Source of the DNA: Bacteroidales bacterium
GTDB lineage: Bacteria; Bacteroidota; Bacteroidia; Bacteroidales; VadinHA17
Assembly (NCBI GenBank): GCA_041303295.1
Contig: JBFYPM010000083.1
Coordinates: 1-59,586 of the forward strand
Reading direction: 5' to 3'
DNA length: 59,586 nucleotides
Shown: positions 37,580 to 47,323 of the stretch, piece by piece
How the letters are laid out: the number at the start of each line of letters is the position of its first letter
Numbering within the stretch: position 1 is the first letter of the stretch
Notes under the pieces: generated by a model
Database searches by the model: none
What the model was told of the DNA's origin: nothing
Seen by the model: only the letters and a program-made list of their open reading frames with translations
Translations under genes and position numbers: made by a program

Positions 37580-37942
37580 ATGAGCGATAATGCCGCACTG
37601 GGACCCAGGGGCGAAGAGCTGGCAGCAAGCTACCTCAGGCAGCATGGCTATTCAATACGCGACAGGAACTGGAGATCGGGCCGTACAGAGATCGATATTA
37701 TAGCCGAAAACAACCAGTTCATAGTCTTCGTGGAGGTCAAGTCACGGTCAGACGACTACCAGGTTCACCCCTCCGAGGCGGTCAACGTGCCGAAACAGAG
37801 AACCATTATAAATGCCGCATCGAACTATATAAACAGAAACGGACTTGTGAAAGAGGCAAGATTTGACATTATCACCGTCATCTTCAGCCCGGCAGGCAGT
37901 GAGATCGACCTCATTGAGAACGCATATTACCCAACAATCTGA
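37580..37942 (+). CDS. yraN: YraN family (UPF0102) endonuclease-like protein
   Basis: 120 aa. GEELAASYLRQHGYSIRDRNWR...EIDIIAENNQFIVFVEVKSR is typical of YraN. It starts 1 nt after the regulator stop. Confidence 0.75.
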   Translation: MSDNAALGPRGEELAASYLRQHGYSIRDRNWRSGRTEIDIIAENNQFIVFVEVKSRSDDYQVHPSEAVNVPKQRTIINAASNYINRNGLVKEARFDIITVIFSPAGSEIDLIENAYYPTI

Positions 37943-38039
37943 CCGGCAGCCATTCCTCCGGCCTGTTCAAAAACATTTCCGATTTCATGGAATTTGAATA
38001 TTTTTGATTCTTCCGGACTAACAGATAAAACAAACAGAT

Positions 38040-39239
38040 ATGAAAAAGATTTTCTACACTTTAATTACAATTGCGTTAGTGCTGACACCGCTGCAGGCAC
38101 AGAAAGGCAAGAAACAGGAGGAGGCCAAACCCGAAGGCTACAAATTCACAACGGTTGTCTCGCTACCGGCCAGCCCGGTAAAGAATCAATCCGCCACGGG
38201 TACCTGCTGGTGTTTCGCAACAACATCATTCATGGAATCAGAGCTTCTTCGTCTTGGCAAGGGTGAATATGACCTCTCTGAGATGTTCATTGTAAGGGAA
38301 ACCTACGAGAACAGGATAAAGGATAATTACCTGCGACAGGGAAAAGGCAACCTTGGTGAGGGCAGCCTCTCGCCCTCATGGCTGAGGGTCTTCAGCGAAG
38401 AGGGTATCGTGCCCCAGGAGGCCTATTCCGGCATCAGCTACGACTCTCCGATTCATAACCACCGGGAGCTTCAGGCATATATCGATGCCATCACTGCCGT
38501 TCCTGTCAGCATTAAAAAGCTGAGTAAGGAATCAGATGAGGTTGTCAATGCCGTTCTTGATATCTACCTGGGCGAACAGCCAGAGTCATTCACCTGGAAG
38601 GACCAGACATATACCCCGAAAACATTCGCCGCCAGCCTCGGGCTGAATATGGACGATTATGTCAATATCACCTCCTTCTCACATTTTCCGTTTTATACCG
38701 AGGGACTGCTCGAGGTGCCTGACAACTGGGAGATGAACCGTTTCCACAATGTTCCCCTGGATGAACTCATCCAGATCATGGACAACGCTCTGAACACGGG
38801 TTACACCGTCAACTGGGACGGAGACGTGAGTGAAAGGGGATTCTCGCATGCCAACGGCGTGGCCATCAATCCTGACATGACAAAAATTGACATGTCAGGT
38901 TCAACTGATCGTGCCCGCTTTGAAAACATGGCATCAGACCGTTCCGGTGGACTCACATTTGACAAACCCTACCCGGAGATCAATGTAACCCAGGATATCC
39001 GCCAGAAAGGTTATGAGACCTTCGTCACCACCGATGATCATCTGATGCATCTTACTGGGATTGTAAAAGACCAGAATGGCACGAAATACTATATTACCAA
39101 GAATTCATGGGGTACCGACAGGAACCCTCACGGAGGTTATCTGAACATGTCGGAGAGTTTCGTAAAAGCCAAGACTATATACATTATGGTCCATAAGGAT
39201 GCAATTCCTGCTGACCTGAAGACAAAACTGGGCATCTGA
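38040..39239 (+). CDS. secreted C1-family cysteine peptidase (aminopeptidase C / bleomycin hydrolase-like)
   Basis: 399 aa with a signal peptide. The catalytic context is NQSATGTCWCFATTSF, with a late H..N-S-W-G region (KNSWG). Confidence 0.75.
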   Translation: MKKIFYTLITIALVLTPLQAQKGKKQEEAKPEGYKFTTVVSLPASPVKNQSATGTCWCFATTSFMESELLRLGKGEYDLSEMFIVRETYENRIKDNYLRQGKGNLGEGSLSPSWLRVFSEEGIVPQEAYSGISYDSPIHNHRELQAYIDAITAVPVSIKKLSKESDEVVNAVLDIYLGEQPESFTWKDQTYTPKTFAASLGLNMDDYVNITSFSHFPFYTEGLLEVPDNWEMNRFHNVPLDELIQIMDNALNTGYTVNWDGDVSERGFSHANGVAINPDMTKIDMSGSTDRARFENMASDRSGGLTFDKPYPEINVTQDIRQKGYETFVTTDDHLMHLTGIVKDQNGTKYYITKNSWGTDRNPHGGYLNMSESFVKAKTIYIMVHKDAIPADLKTKLGI

Positions 39240-39240
39240 A

Positions 39241-40827
39241 TCACGGCCTCAGGTCTGTGGACGGAACAAAATATCCATAGATAAGAGAAAAGAAAACGAA
39301 GAGGTCCTGCCCGGGTTGAGACTCCAGGGAGTTGTTCCCGGTGAAGACCACCAGGAATACTACCAGGAAAAGAATAAACATGGGTGATCTGTATGCCTTC
39401 CTCTCAATTACAAAACAGGCATATAATATAAAGGTGATTATAAAACCGGCGGCCCCCAGTGTAAGCAGAATGAAAAGGTACTGGCTGTGCGGCTTCATAT
39501 TCAGCCCTGACTGTGCCGAGTCGTTCTTCTGAAGCCCGTAATCAACAGCTTTCAGGATACTGCCTGTTCCCCATCCCAGGAGCGGCCGTGCCCTGAATGC
39601 CTCCCATGATGCTCTCCAAAGGTCAATTCTTTTTGTCAGGGAACCCCATTCAGTCATCTTTCCGGAGCTTTTGTTGAAGAGGTAGAGGCTCATCAACTCC
39701 TCGTACACTCTTTTATAGAACCCTGGCCTGGTAACATTGAGATGGTTTGTGATGCCGCTCTCTACCGCAGCGATATCCCTGCCGGCAAGCTTCCTGAAAT
39801 CCGCACTGTCCTTCCTGAAGCCCAGTGATGACATATACCTGAAGAGGGTTGCCCTGAGTTCCTGCCCTGCCAGGTCTTTACCGTCATAGTCCAGGCTGCT
39901 CCTGTCATTCCATACCTCCCTCAACTCCCCGTCGGCAATGTAGATATAGACCAGGTTGCCATTCTCTCTTATTATATTAAGGGTATCGTGCAGGTATGGG
40001 TTACCCGCGGCTGAACAGCTGTCAAGGCTACTCATTCCGGCGGGGTTCTCGGCATGTGTATCACGATAAATGCCTGCCACCGGCCACAGCGCCAGGCCGG
40101 CAAGAAACACAAAGGCTGCCGGCAGGGCAAATTTCAGAAGATACCTTTCTGCCCTTGCTGTAAGAGTCACAACCACCCAGATCATGACAGCTGCCAATGC
40201 AATAACACCTGAAAGTGCCCTAAGGTAAAGGAGAAAGAAGATCAGCCATGCAGACACTGCCAGGGAGGCAATGAAGAATATCCTTCTTACCCTGGCCTCC
40301 CATGCCAGAAACAACAGCTGGATAGCTGCAATAATAATCATCAGCCCGAAATATATACCCGGTATGAAGGGAGAAGCTTCACGGAATGAGAGTTCCGGCT
40401 GCACCTGTATCCTGAGGAAACCTGTTATCGAAACACCCAGAACCGATGCAATGAAAAGCAACAGGATCAACCTTGTCTCCCTCCTTTCCGGAAGCGCCGT
40501 GGTTGCAACTACAAGCGGAAGGAAGAGGGTTGGCAACTTATGGAGCAGGTCATGACTGAGTCCGTAACCCGGATCATCAGACCATATCAGCCCTGTCACA
40601 TTCAGAAAATAGATCAGGATAAAAGCCACAGCAGCCCGGTCAGCGTGGAGCATGCTGAACTTTCTCCTGAAATCGCCCCCTGCCAGCCAGTTGACTGTCA
40701 GAATTACCTCACTGACCGTCAGCAGGAACCTTGATGAAGGAAAGGATATGGCGATAAGGCATAAGGATACGATGTAAATCAGGCGGTGAAGACTCTTCCG
40801 GGATATGTCAGGAACGGTTATTATCAC
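39241..40827 (-). CDS. O-antigen ligase / polymerase-like polytopic membrane protein (Wzy_C family)
   Basis: 528 aa with about 10 or more hydrophobic segments. A large soluble loop and the motif RPLLGWGTGS are typical of the family. Confidence 0.6.
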   Translation of the reverse strand: MIITVPDISRKSLHRLIYIVSLCLIAISFPSSRFLLTVSEVILTVNWLAGGDFRRKFSMLHADRAAVAFILIYFLNVTGLIWSDDPGYGLSHDLLHKLPTLFLPLVVATTALPERRETRLILLLFIASVLGVSITGFLRIQVQPELSFREASPFIPGIYFGLMIIIAAIQLLFLAWEARVRRIFFIASLAVSAWLIFFLLYLRALSGVIALAAVMIWVVVTLTARAERYLLKFALPAAFVFLAGLALWPVAGIYRDTHAENPAGMSSLDSCSAAGNPYLHDTLNIIRENGNLVYIYIADGELREVWNDRSSLDYDGKDLAGQELRATLFRYMSSLGFRKDSADFRKLAGRDIAAVESGITNHLNVTRPGFYKRVYEELMSLYLFNKSSGKMTEWGSLTKRIDLWRASWEAFRARPLLGWGTGSILKAVDYGLQKNDSAQSGLNMKPHSQYLFILLTLGAAGFIITFILYACFVIERKAYRSPMFILFLVVFLVVFTGNNSLESQPGQDLFVFFSLIYGYFVPSTDLRP

Positions 40828-40955
40828 CCTCGCCGTGGTTAGGTTACAATTGATCTTTCAATGCCGGCAGGTCTCTTACGGTTTGTTTTCCTTAGGCTGT
40901 ATCTGAATCTCATGTTTCCTGGTTGTTCAACGTGTAGCTGATATCTGACTGTGCC

Positions 40956-41804
40956 TCAGACAATGCTTCTGAACCGTTCCGGGATTCTGATCACAGGTTT
41001 TTCAGGAAGCATGCCCGGTTTGTTGAGCGCAAACAACGGGCGGAAGATGCTTTCCCTTCTTCTGGCCTGTCTGAAAAAGGTATCGCCGTCAAGGGGACGC
41101 TTTTTTGTGATCAGGTCGAACAGCTCATATCTCCTGTCCAGGTGCCCGCGCCAGCCGGAATTAAGCAACGACTGATCCTCCATCTTTTTTTTCGAGATAT
41201 CATAATCTACCAGACCAAAATGAAACAGGAAAAGGTTCGGGTCAATGTGAAAATTCCTGTACCTGACCCTGTGAAACCCTGCTCCCCATCTGAGAGGCCT
41301 GGTTGCCACAACAGCCTTTGTATAACGCGCTGACACATGGGCGAAACTCCTCTGCTCAAGGAACGGACGGGAGGGATCGATGGGTTTTTCGAGATCGAGA
41401 TTCTGTCCCACATCCAGCCCGAGGGCAGATAGGGAAGCATATCTTACCGGATGCTGAAGATAGTCGGAGAGCGAAAGCCCGAGGTCAGGGTCAGCAACCA
41501 GTACCTCATCAATGTCATGTGCAATGACAAGATCATACCGCAGAAACAAAGCCCTGGAGAAGTTTGAGATCAGATCAATCCGGTTTTTGTCGCCCTGTGA
41601 CCTGGTCAGCTTCTGCCGGGGCAGCCTTAACACGTTGATTGATGCGTGGTCCTCGGGAAGAGCCTGGTCATGACCGTCAATTAAAAGAAACAGGTTCTCC
41701 TGGCCCAGCTCCTTCCCATAGTAATCAATCCACTTGGGAATAAAGAACTGGTCATTCCTGACCATGGATACTACTCCTATCTTTTTTCGACTGGCTCCGG
41801 ACAT
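40956..41804 (-). CDS. putative glycosyltransferase (GT2/GT92-like fold)
   Basis: 282 aa. GVVSMVRNDQFFIPKWIDYYGKELGQENLFLLIDGHDQ resembles Glyco_tranf_2_4-type N-termini. The assignment is weak. Confidence 0.4.
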   Translation of the reverse strand: MSGASRKKIGVVSMVRNDQFFIPKWIDYYGKELGQENLFLLIDGHDQALPEDHASINVLRLPRQKLTRSQGDKNRIDLISNFSRALFLRYDLVIAHDIDEVLVADPDLGLSLSDYLQHPVRYASLSALGLDVGQNLDLEKPIDPSRPFLEQRSFAHVSARYTKAVVATRPLRWGAGFHRVRYRNFHIDPNLFLFHFGLVDYDISKKKMEDQSLLNSGWRGHLDRRYELFDLITKKRPLDGDTFFRQARRRESIFRPLFALNKPGMLPEKPVIRIPERFRSIV

Positions 41805-41868
41805 GAGTCTTTATTTTTCTGGCTAAAATTGTATAAAAATAATAAAACCGTAAATTTACAATAAAACA

Positions 41869-42891
41869 ATGTCAGAAAACATAAAACCTCTCAACAGTGA
41901 GCCAATAGACGCAGTGATACTGTGGGTTGATGGCAGTGACGCTGCTCTCTCAGAGAAAAGGGAACGTTTCCTGGCACAGGAAAAACTGAGTGTGGCGCAC
42001 CCCGGAGCCCTTCCGCTGCGCTTCGCATCATCGAATGAAATAAGATACTCAGTACTCTCAATTTTAACATTTGCGCCGTTTGTCAGAAACATCTATATCG
42101 TTACTGATAACCAGGATCCCGGCCTTCATCATGAAGTGGGGGTAAGGTTTCCCGAAAAAGCAGGCTGCCTGAAAATTGTTGACCACAGGGAAATCTTCAG
42201 AGAGTACGAGGAGTATCTGCCTACATTTAACAGCTCATCCATTCAGACAATGATATGGAGAATCAAGGGATTGTCAGAGAATTTCATCTATTTCAATGAT
42301 GACATGATACTGATTCGGGATACAGTGGTTGAAGACTGGTTCATCGGCGGCCTGCCTGTAATCAGGGGTAAATGGTTGCTGCCTCCTGTAAGGAAGATTG
42401 CCGGAAACTCACTGAAGCTGCTGGTGAACAGGCATATACGCGGCAACAAGGAGTTCCGGCCCAAAATCTCATTCTATATACGTCAATGGCATACCTCCCT
42501 GCTGCTCAGAAAGAGATGGCGATATTTTTTCCATTGTCACACAGCTCATGCAATGAGGATTTCGACACTTGAAGATTACTTCACGGCTAATGATAAGCTG
42601 CTGAGAAAGACCATTTCATACAGGTTCAGGGATGCTGAACAGTTGATTATCACCTCACTGGCGTATCATCTTGAGATCCAAAACGGAACAGCGCACCTGG
42701 CAAGACTCAATCTCGGGTATCTGCATCCCTGGTATTCAGAAGCGCGGCTGAACAGGAGAATTAATCGCTGCACAAAAGACCGGCGGATAAATTCGGTCTG
42801 TGTTCAAAGTGTAGAGATGATGGGGGCCGGCCAGCGGGAGAAGATATTCAGATGGCTCGATAATGTTTTAAAACTGAATAATGAAAACTGA
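41869..42891 (+). CDS. Stealth-family sugar-1-phosphate transferase, copy 1
   Basis: 340 aa. CR1 is IDAVILWVDGSD, CR2 is RFASSNEIRYSVLSILTFAPFVRNIYIVTDNQ, CR3 is LPTFNSSSIQTMIWRIKGLSENFIYFNDD, and a CR4-like HCHTAH is present. Confidence 0.75.
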   Translation: MSENIKPLNSEPIDAVILWVDGSDAALSEKRERFLAQEKLSVAHPGALPLRFASSNEIRYSVLSILTFAPFVRNIYIVTDNQDPGLHHEVGVRFPEKAGCLKIVDHREIFREYEEYLPTFNSSSIQTMIWRIKGLSENFIYFNDDMILIRDTVVEDWFIGGLPVIRGKWLLPPVRKIAGNSLKLLVNRHIRGNKEFRPKISFYIRQWHTSLLLRKRWRYFFHCHTAHAMRISTLEDYFTANDKLLRKTISYRFRDAEQLIITSLAYHLEIQNGTAHLARLNLGYLHPWYSEARLNRRINRCTKDRRINSVCVQSVEMMGAGQREKIFRWLDNVLKLNNEN

Positions 42892-43912
42892 GCACCTTCC
42901 CCTGGATGAATCCGGACCTCAAAAAGCCGGGGAGCCCATTGACGTTGTGATAGCATGGGTTGACGGGAGTGACCCTAAGCTGACTGAGAAGCGGGAAAAA
43001 TTTAGCGGAAGGAAAGAGATACCTGTTTCATCAGGAGCTCACCCGACCCGCTTTGCTTCTTCCAATGAGATAAGGTATTGCGTGCTCTCCGTCCTGAGAT
43101 TCGCACCTTTCGTAAGGAACATCTTCATAGTTACCGACGGGCAGGATCCCGGTATCAGTGATGACGTTAACAAATATTTCCCCGGCCGGTCCGGCTCAAT
43201 CAGGATAGTTGATCATACTGAGATTTTTGAGGGTTACGAGGAGAGTCTTCCCACTTTTAACAGCATCTCTATAGCAAATATGATCTGGAGGATCAAGGGC
43301 CTTGCAGGGAATTTTGTCTATTTCAATGATGATACTTTCCTTGTAAGAAACGTCACGCCTGAGGAGTGGTTCATTGATGGGAGGCCGGTGATGAGAGGCC
43401 GGTGGGTGCCCGCCGCCCGTCCCAGGGTTTTTCTTGACAGGATGAGAAAAGGGTTTTACAGGCATCTGGCCGGCAGACCCGATTTTCAGCCGAGGGCCTC
43501 CTTCCATCTGGGCCAGTGGAATGCTGCCGCTCACCTTGGATTCATATTCAGGTATTTCACCAACAGTCACACGCCGCATCCTGTCGGCAGGAGTCTTGTT
43601 GAAAACTTTTTCCTGGAGAACGACTCCCTTCTCAGGAAGAACATCTCATACAGGTTCCGTGACCACAGTCAGTTCACCTTCATCTCACTCTCGAACCATT
43701 TACAGCTTATCAACGGCAACAGGAACATTGCCAGGCCGGCCGTGATTTATCTCAAGCCTGAAAACCGGGGGCCGGGTTATATTGACAAAAAGATCGCCTC
43801 CTGTGAGAGTGATCCGGGAATCATTTACATGTGCGCCCAGAGCCTTGACCTGTGTGAAGAGAATGAACGCAGGAAACTGTTCATCTGGCTCAACGGAATC
43901 CTGGGGCTCTGA
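42881..43912 (+). CDS. Stealth-family sugar-1-phosphate transferase, copy 2
   Basis: 343 aa. It has the same four conserved regions (IDVVIAWVDGSDP, RFASSNEIRYCVLSVLRFAPFVRNIFIVTDGQ, LPTFNSISIANMIWRIKGLAGNFVYFNDD). It overlaps copy 1 by 11 nt. Confidence 0.75.
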   Translation: MKTEHLPLDESGPQKAGEPIDVVIAWVDGSDPKLTEKREKFSGRKEIPVSSGAHPTRFASSNEIRYCVLSVLRFAPFVRNIFIVTDGQDPGISDDVNKYFPGRSGSIRIVDHTEIFEGYEESLPTFNSISIANMIWRIKGLAGNFVYFNDDTFLVRNVTPEEWFIDGRPVMRGRWVPAARPRVFLDRMRKGFYRHLAGRPDFQPRASFHLGQWNAAAHLGFIFRYFTNSHTPHPVGRSLVENFFLENDSLLRKNISYRFRDHSQFTFISLSNHLQLINGNRNIARPAVIYLKPENRGPGYIDKKIASCESDPGIIYMCAQSLDLCEENERRKLFIWLNGILGL

Positions 43913-43920
43913 GCCTTCAG

Positions 43921-44919
43921 TCATCCCTGCGGTACAAGCAGGTTGCACCCGCGGATATCTGACTCATCAAACCTGCCCAGCACCTCGAACATGCCGCCGG
44001 GGTGCATCCTTCCCAGGTCAGCCGTGGCGATAAAGGAGCATGACCAGATATTGGCAAGGTCAATGACGCTTATACCACCGGCCGCGCCCGCTTCATCAGT
44101 GTGAGCCATGGGATCATGGCTGTCACGCATCAGTACTTTCATCCACGGCGGTGTCATAAACAATCCGTTACCTTTAGAGTAGGCCTGACTCAGCAGTTCA
44201 GTCATGCCGTATTCTGAATGCACCAGGCTGACCCCAAAAGCTTTAATAATGATATCGTGCACCTCCTCCCTGATCATCTCCCGCCTTCTCCCCTTCATCC
44301 CTCCCGTCTCCATGATAATCAGGTCTGACATGTCGCGGGGATATCTCTCCGCAAGGTCCAGCAAAGCGAAGGTTACCCCAATGAGCATAACCTGCAATCC
44401 GGCAGAGCGGGCTCTGTCAATTGCCCTGAACAGCGCGTCGCGATCATCGAGAAAAAATCCTCCCGTATTATTGCCCGATAGCCTTATCAGCCTGTCAACC
44501 ATATAAATGAGTGAAGAGCCATCCCTCTCCAGGTAGGAAGGAAGAAGTCCCATTATTGCATACTTTGAAGGATCGTCGTAGAACAGCCTGAATGTCTCTT
44601 CAAGGCTCCTGTCATAGATGGTGGTCTCCTTTACATGGTGGCGACTCTGTTTCATGCCGGCAGTGCCGCTACTCAGGAATACCCTTGCCGGGGGGCCGTC
44701 TCCTGTAATCACCGTATGGTCCCTGAAGAATGATATGGGCATGAACGGAATTGAGAGTATATCATTAACTGATTCAACGTCAGTATCAAGCAGATGAATA
44801 TACTCACTGTAGACAGGGCAGCCGGCAGCCTGAAAACGAAAGATCTCCAGAGCCATCTTCTCAAACGACTGAGAACCGGTGACTTTGAAGATCTCTTCAG
44901 TTGACGGGGTCTTCATCAT
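43921..44919 (-). CDS. LuxE/PaaK-like adenylate-forming enzyme (annotated in relatives as acyl-protein synthetase or acyltransferase)
   Basis: ALEIFRFQAAGCPVYSEYIHLL resembles the family N-terminus and SSGTAGMKQSRH resembles a P-loop-like adenylation motif. The ORF extends to 44979, but the Met at 44919 abuts the upstream stop. Confidence 0.5.
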   Translation of the reverse strand: MMKTPSTEEIFKVTGSQSFEKMALEIFRFQAAGCPVYSEYIHLLDTDVESVNDILSIPFMPISFFRDHTVITGDGPPARVFLSSGTAGMKQSRHHVKETTIYDRSLEETFRLFYDDPSKYAIMGLLPSYLERDGSSLIYMVDRLIRLSGNNTGGFFLDDRDALFRAIDRARSAGLQVMLIGVTFALLDLAERYPRDMSDLIIMETGGMKGRRREMIREEVHDIIIKAFGVSLVHSEYGMTELLSQAYSKGNGLFMTPPWMKVLMRDSHDPMAHTDEAGAAGGISVIDLANIWSCSFIATADLGRMHPGGMFEVLGRFDESDIRGCNLLVPQG

Positions 44920-44920
44920 G

Positions 44921-45451
44921 CTATGGGAATGTCGCCGACCCGTCCGGCTGGTATACCCACTCGAACGTACAGGTGGCATGAATATCTCCTGAGCTGATGA
45001 GCGTCAGATCGATGATCCTGAGCTTGGCATATTTAAAATCGCGTGTCTTCACCACCCATACCTGGTTTTCTGATAGTGGAGCTGCCAGATCGATATAAGT
45101 CAGATTGCCCACGCTTTTAAGTCCGTCAAAGGTATTCTTTGCATCACTCTCCGAACCGTAAGCACCAATGAGGGCAAATGGCGGGTTGAGGGTGTTCACG
45201 GTGAAATAAGCCACCACCGGCCCTCCGGTGGTGACCGGTCCCGCCTGTACCGTTATGTCTGCCCTGTACTGGTCGGGAAGAGTGGGGACCGCCTCCGCCT
45301 CATCAAAGGATAGTCCGAGAGCATAATAATAAGAATCGGCGTCATACAGATCACTTGTAAGCGTGATGGTACCAGAGGTCTTCTGATCATCTTTGCCACA
45401 CCCTGCAAGCAGGAGCATGGCCGCCAGTACCGGTATGAGCCGCAGTCTCAT
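44921..45451 (-). CDS. lipoprotein of unknown function
   Basis: 176 aa with signal peptide and lipobox [18 protein letters not shown]. Its start overlaps the pgk stop by 1 nt. Confidence 0.5.
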   Translation of the reverse strand: MRLRLIPVLAAMLLLAGCGKDDQKTSGTITLTSDLYDADSYYYALGLSFDEAEAVPTLPDQYRADITVQAGPVTTGGPVVAYFTVNTLNPPFALIGAYGSESDAKNTFDGLKSVGNLTYIDLAAPLSENQVWVVKTRDFKYAKLRIIDLTLISSGDIHATCTFEWVYQPDGSATFP

Positions 45452-46713
45452 TATTCTCCCCTGATTGCCGTGATGCCGGGCAGCTTCTTGCCCTCCATGT
45501 ACTCAAGCATGGCGCCGCCTCCGGTTGACACGTAGCTTACCTTGTCGGCCAACCCGTTCTTGTTTATGGCCGCAACAGAGTCGCCGCCGCCAATGAGTGA
45601 ATAAGCCCCCTTCTCCGTCGCTTTTGCTACTGCTTTTGCTATCGCAGTAGTGCCGGCTGCGAACTTCTCCATCTCAAACACTCCCATTGGCCCGTTCCAG
45701 AGAATGGTCGCCGATTCCATTATGACCTTCTCGAACAGCTCAATGCTCTTCGGGCCGATATCAAGCCCCATCCAGCCATCCTTCACATCATCAATGGCTG
45801 ATAGATAAGTATTTGCATTGGCGTCAAACTTGTCGGCATTGATGCCGTCAACCGGGAACAGCAGATTCACTCCCTTCTCCTTTGCCTTTTCCATCACAGC
45901 CTTTGCAATGTCCAACTTATCCTCCTCGCAGAGCGAATTTCCTATCCTGCCGCCATTAGCTTTAATGAATGTATAGGTCATGCCTCCTCCTATGATCAGG
46001 TTGTCAACCCTGTCAAGTAGGTTGTCGATGATAAGTATCTTGTCCGATACCTTTGCGCCGCCCATGACAGCCGTAAAGGGCTTCCGGGAGCTCCTGAGAA
46101 CCTTATCCATTGCCGCAAGTTCACTGTTGATGAGGAAACCGAACATCCTCCTGTCCTCAGGGAAATAGTCAGCTATTACAGCCGTTGTGGCGTGCGCTCT
46201 GTGAGCCGTGCCAAAGGCGTCATTGACATAGATGTCAGCATAGGTTGACAGTTTCTTTGCCATCTCCTTCTGCTTCACCTTCAGTGCAGCCTTGGCAGCC
46301 TTCTTCTCCTCATCGGTGGCTGTCTCAGGTAAAACCGGCTTGCCCTCCTCCTCAGGATAAAACCTGACATTCTCAAGCATCATCACCTCTCCTGGTTTCA
46401 GGGCGGCAGCCATGGCAACTGCCTCTTCGCCAAGGGCGTCAGGGGCAAACGCAACCTTCATACCAAGGTGCTTCTCAAGTACCGGGAGAACCGGCTTGAG
46501 GGAATACTTCTCCATTACGCCCTCTGGACGGCCGAGATGCGACATAAGAATCGCAGAACCGCCGTCACCTGTTATCTTCCTGATGGTCTTCAACGCACCG
46601 CGGATACGGTTATCATCAGTCACCTCGCGTGTCTTCTTATCAAGCGGAACATTGAAATCAACCCTGACAATGGCTTTGTGACCATTGAAATTAAAGCTGT
46701 CAATCATTTTCAT
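45451..46713 (-). CDS. pgk: phosphoglycerate kinase
   Basis: Motifs seen are [34 protein letters not shown] and STGGGA. The ORF opens at 46755, but the Met at 46713 or 46707 fits the family N-terminus. Confidence 0.9.
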   Translation of the reverse strand: MKMIDSFNFNGHKAIVRVDFNVPLDKKTREVTDDNRIRGALKTIRKITGDGGSAILMSHLGRPEGVMEKYSLKPVLPVLEKHLGMKVAFAPDALGEEAVAMAAALKPGEVMMLENVRFYPEEEGKPVLPETATDEEKKAAKAALKVKQKEMAKKLSTYADIYVNDAFGTAHRAHATTAVIADYFPEDRRMFGFLINSELAAMDKVLRSSRKPFTAVMGGAKVSDKILIIDNLLDRVDNLIIGGGMTYTFIKANGGRIGNSLCEEDKLDIAKAVMEKAKEKGVNLLFPVDGINADKFDANANTYLSAIDDVKDGWMGLDIGPKSIELFEKVIMESATILWNGPMGVFEMEKFAAGTTAIAKAVAKATEKGAYSLIGGGDSVAAINKNGLADKVSYVSTGGGAMLEYMEGKKLPGITAIRGE

Positions 46714-46859
46714 AAATTTCTGTTTTACTGATATCATTTTCATTGTGTCATGCAAAAATAAGAAGTTGCAGGCTATGGCAGTATTGATTTATCCAATAAA
46801 ATGAGTTAATTTTTCATATTCAACAATTGCACGGTCTGATTGTTAAATGGAAGACAAAA

Positions 46860-47309
46860 ATGATAAAAATGAACTTTACGGATTTCATCGCTGACAACGG
46901 GCGAAAGATAAACAGGGAAAACTTCATCCATCTTATCCAGGTGGCACAGGCAGACGGGAAGGTAGACAGCAGGGAACTGGCTTTGCTGCACAGGTATGGT
47001 CATCGCTTCAGCCTTACTGACACAGAGATTGACAAGCTGATAGCCTCTGAACAATCACATATCTACAGCGCTCCCTACGACCTTGAAGAGAGATTCGCTC
47101 ATCTGTATGATGCAGTATCTATAATGAATACAGACTCCAGCATCTCGGATGGTGAAAAACAGCTCTTCGGCAAACTTGCTGTTGCAGCCTCGTTCACCGA
47201 TGATGTCATCCCGCGGCTCCTTGATTTTATTCTTGATGGACTCAGGGAAGGGATAGATGAGCATGAACTCTTCGAGAAGCTCAGGAAAGCAAAATTCTTA
47301 CGTAACTGA
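46860..47309 (+). CDS. TerB-like / co-chaperone DjlA N-terminal-like domain protein
   Basis: It has repeated helix pairs with ADGKVDSRELALL and SDGEKQLF motifs. The ORF opens at 46827. Confidence 0.45.
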   Translation: MIKMNFTDFIADNGRKINRENFIHLIQVAQADGKVDSRELALLHRYGHRFSLTDTEIDKLIASEQSHIYSAPYDLEERFAHLYDAVSIMNTDSSISDGEKQLFGKLAVAASFTDDVIPRLLDFILDGLREGIDEHELFEKLRKAKFLRN

Positions 47310-47323
47310 TTAATAACTAAATA

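Noticed and set aside
37994-38266. 90-aa plus-strand ORF overlapping the start of the C1 peptidase gene
   Set aside because: It is out of frame with, and overlapped by, the 399-aa peptidase ORF, which has a signal peptide and the catalytic Cys motif.
46860-47309. TerB-like protein as part of a tellurite-resistance or stress island
   Set aside because: It is a single small gene flanked by pgk and tpx, with no terA/C/D/E/Z neighbours.
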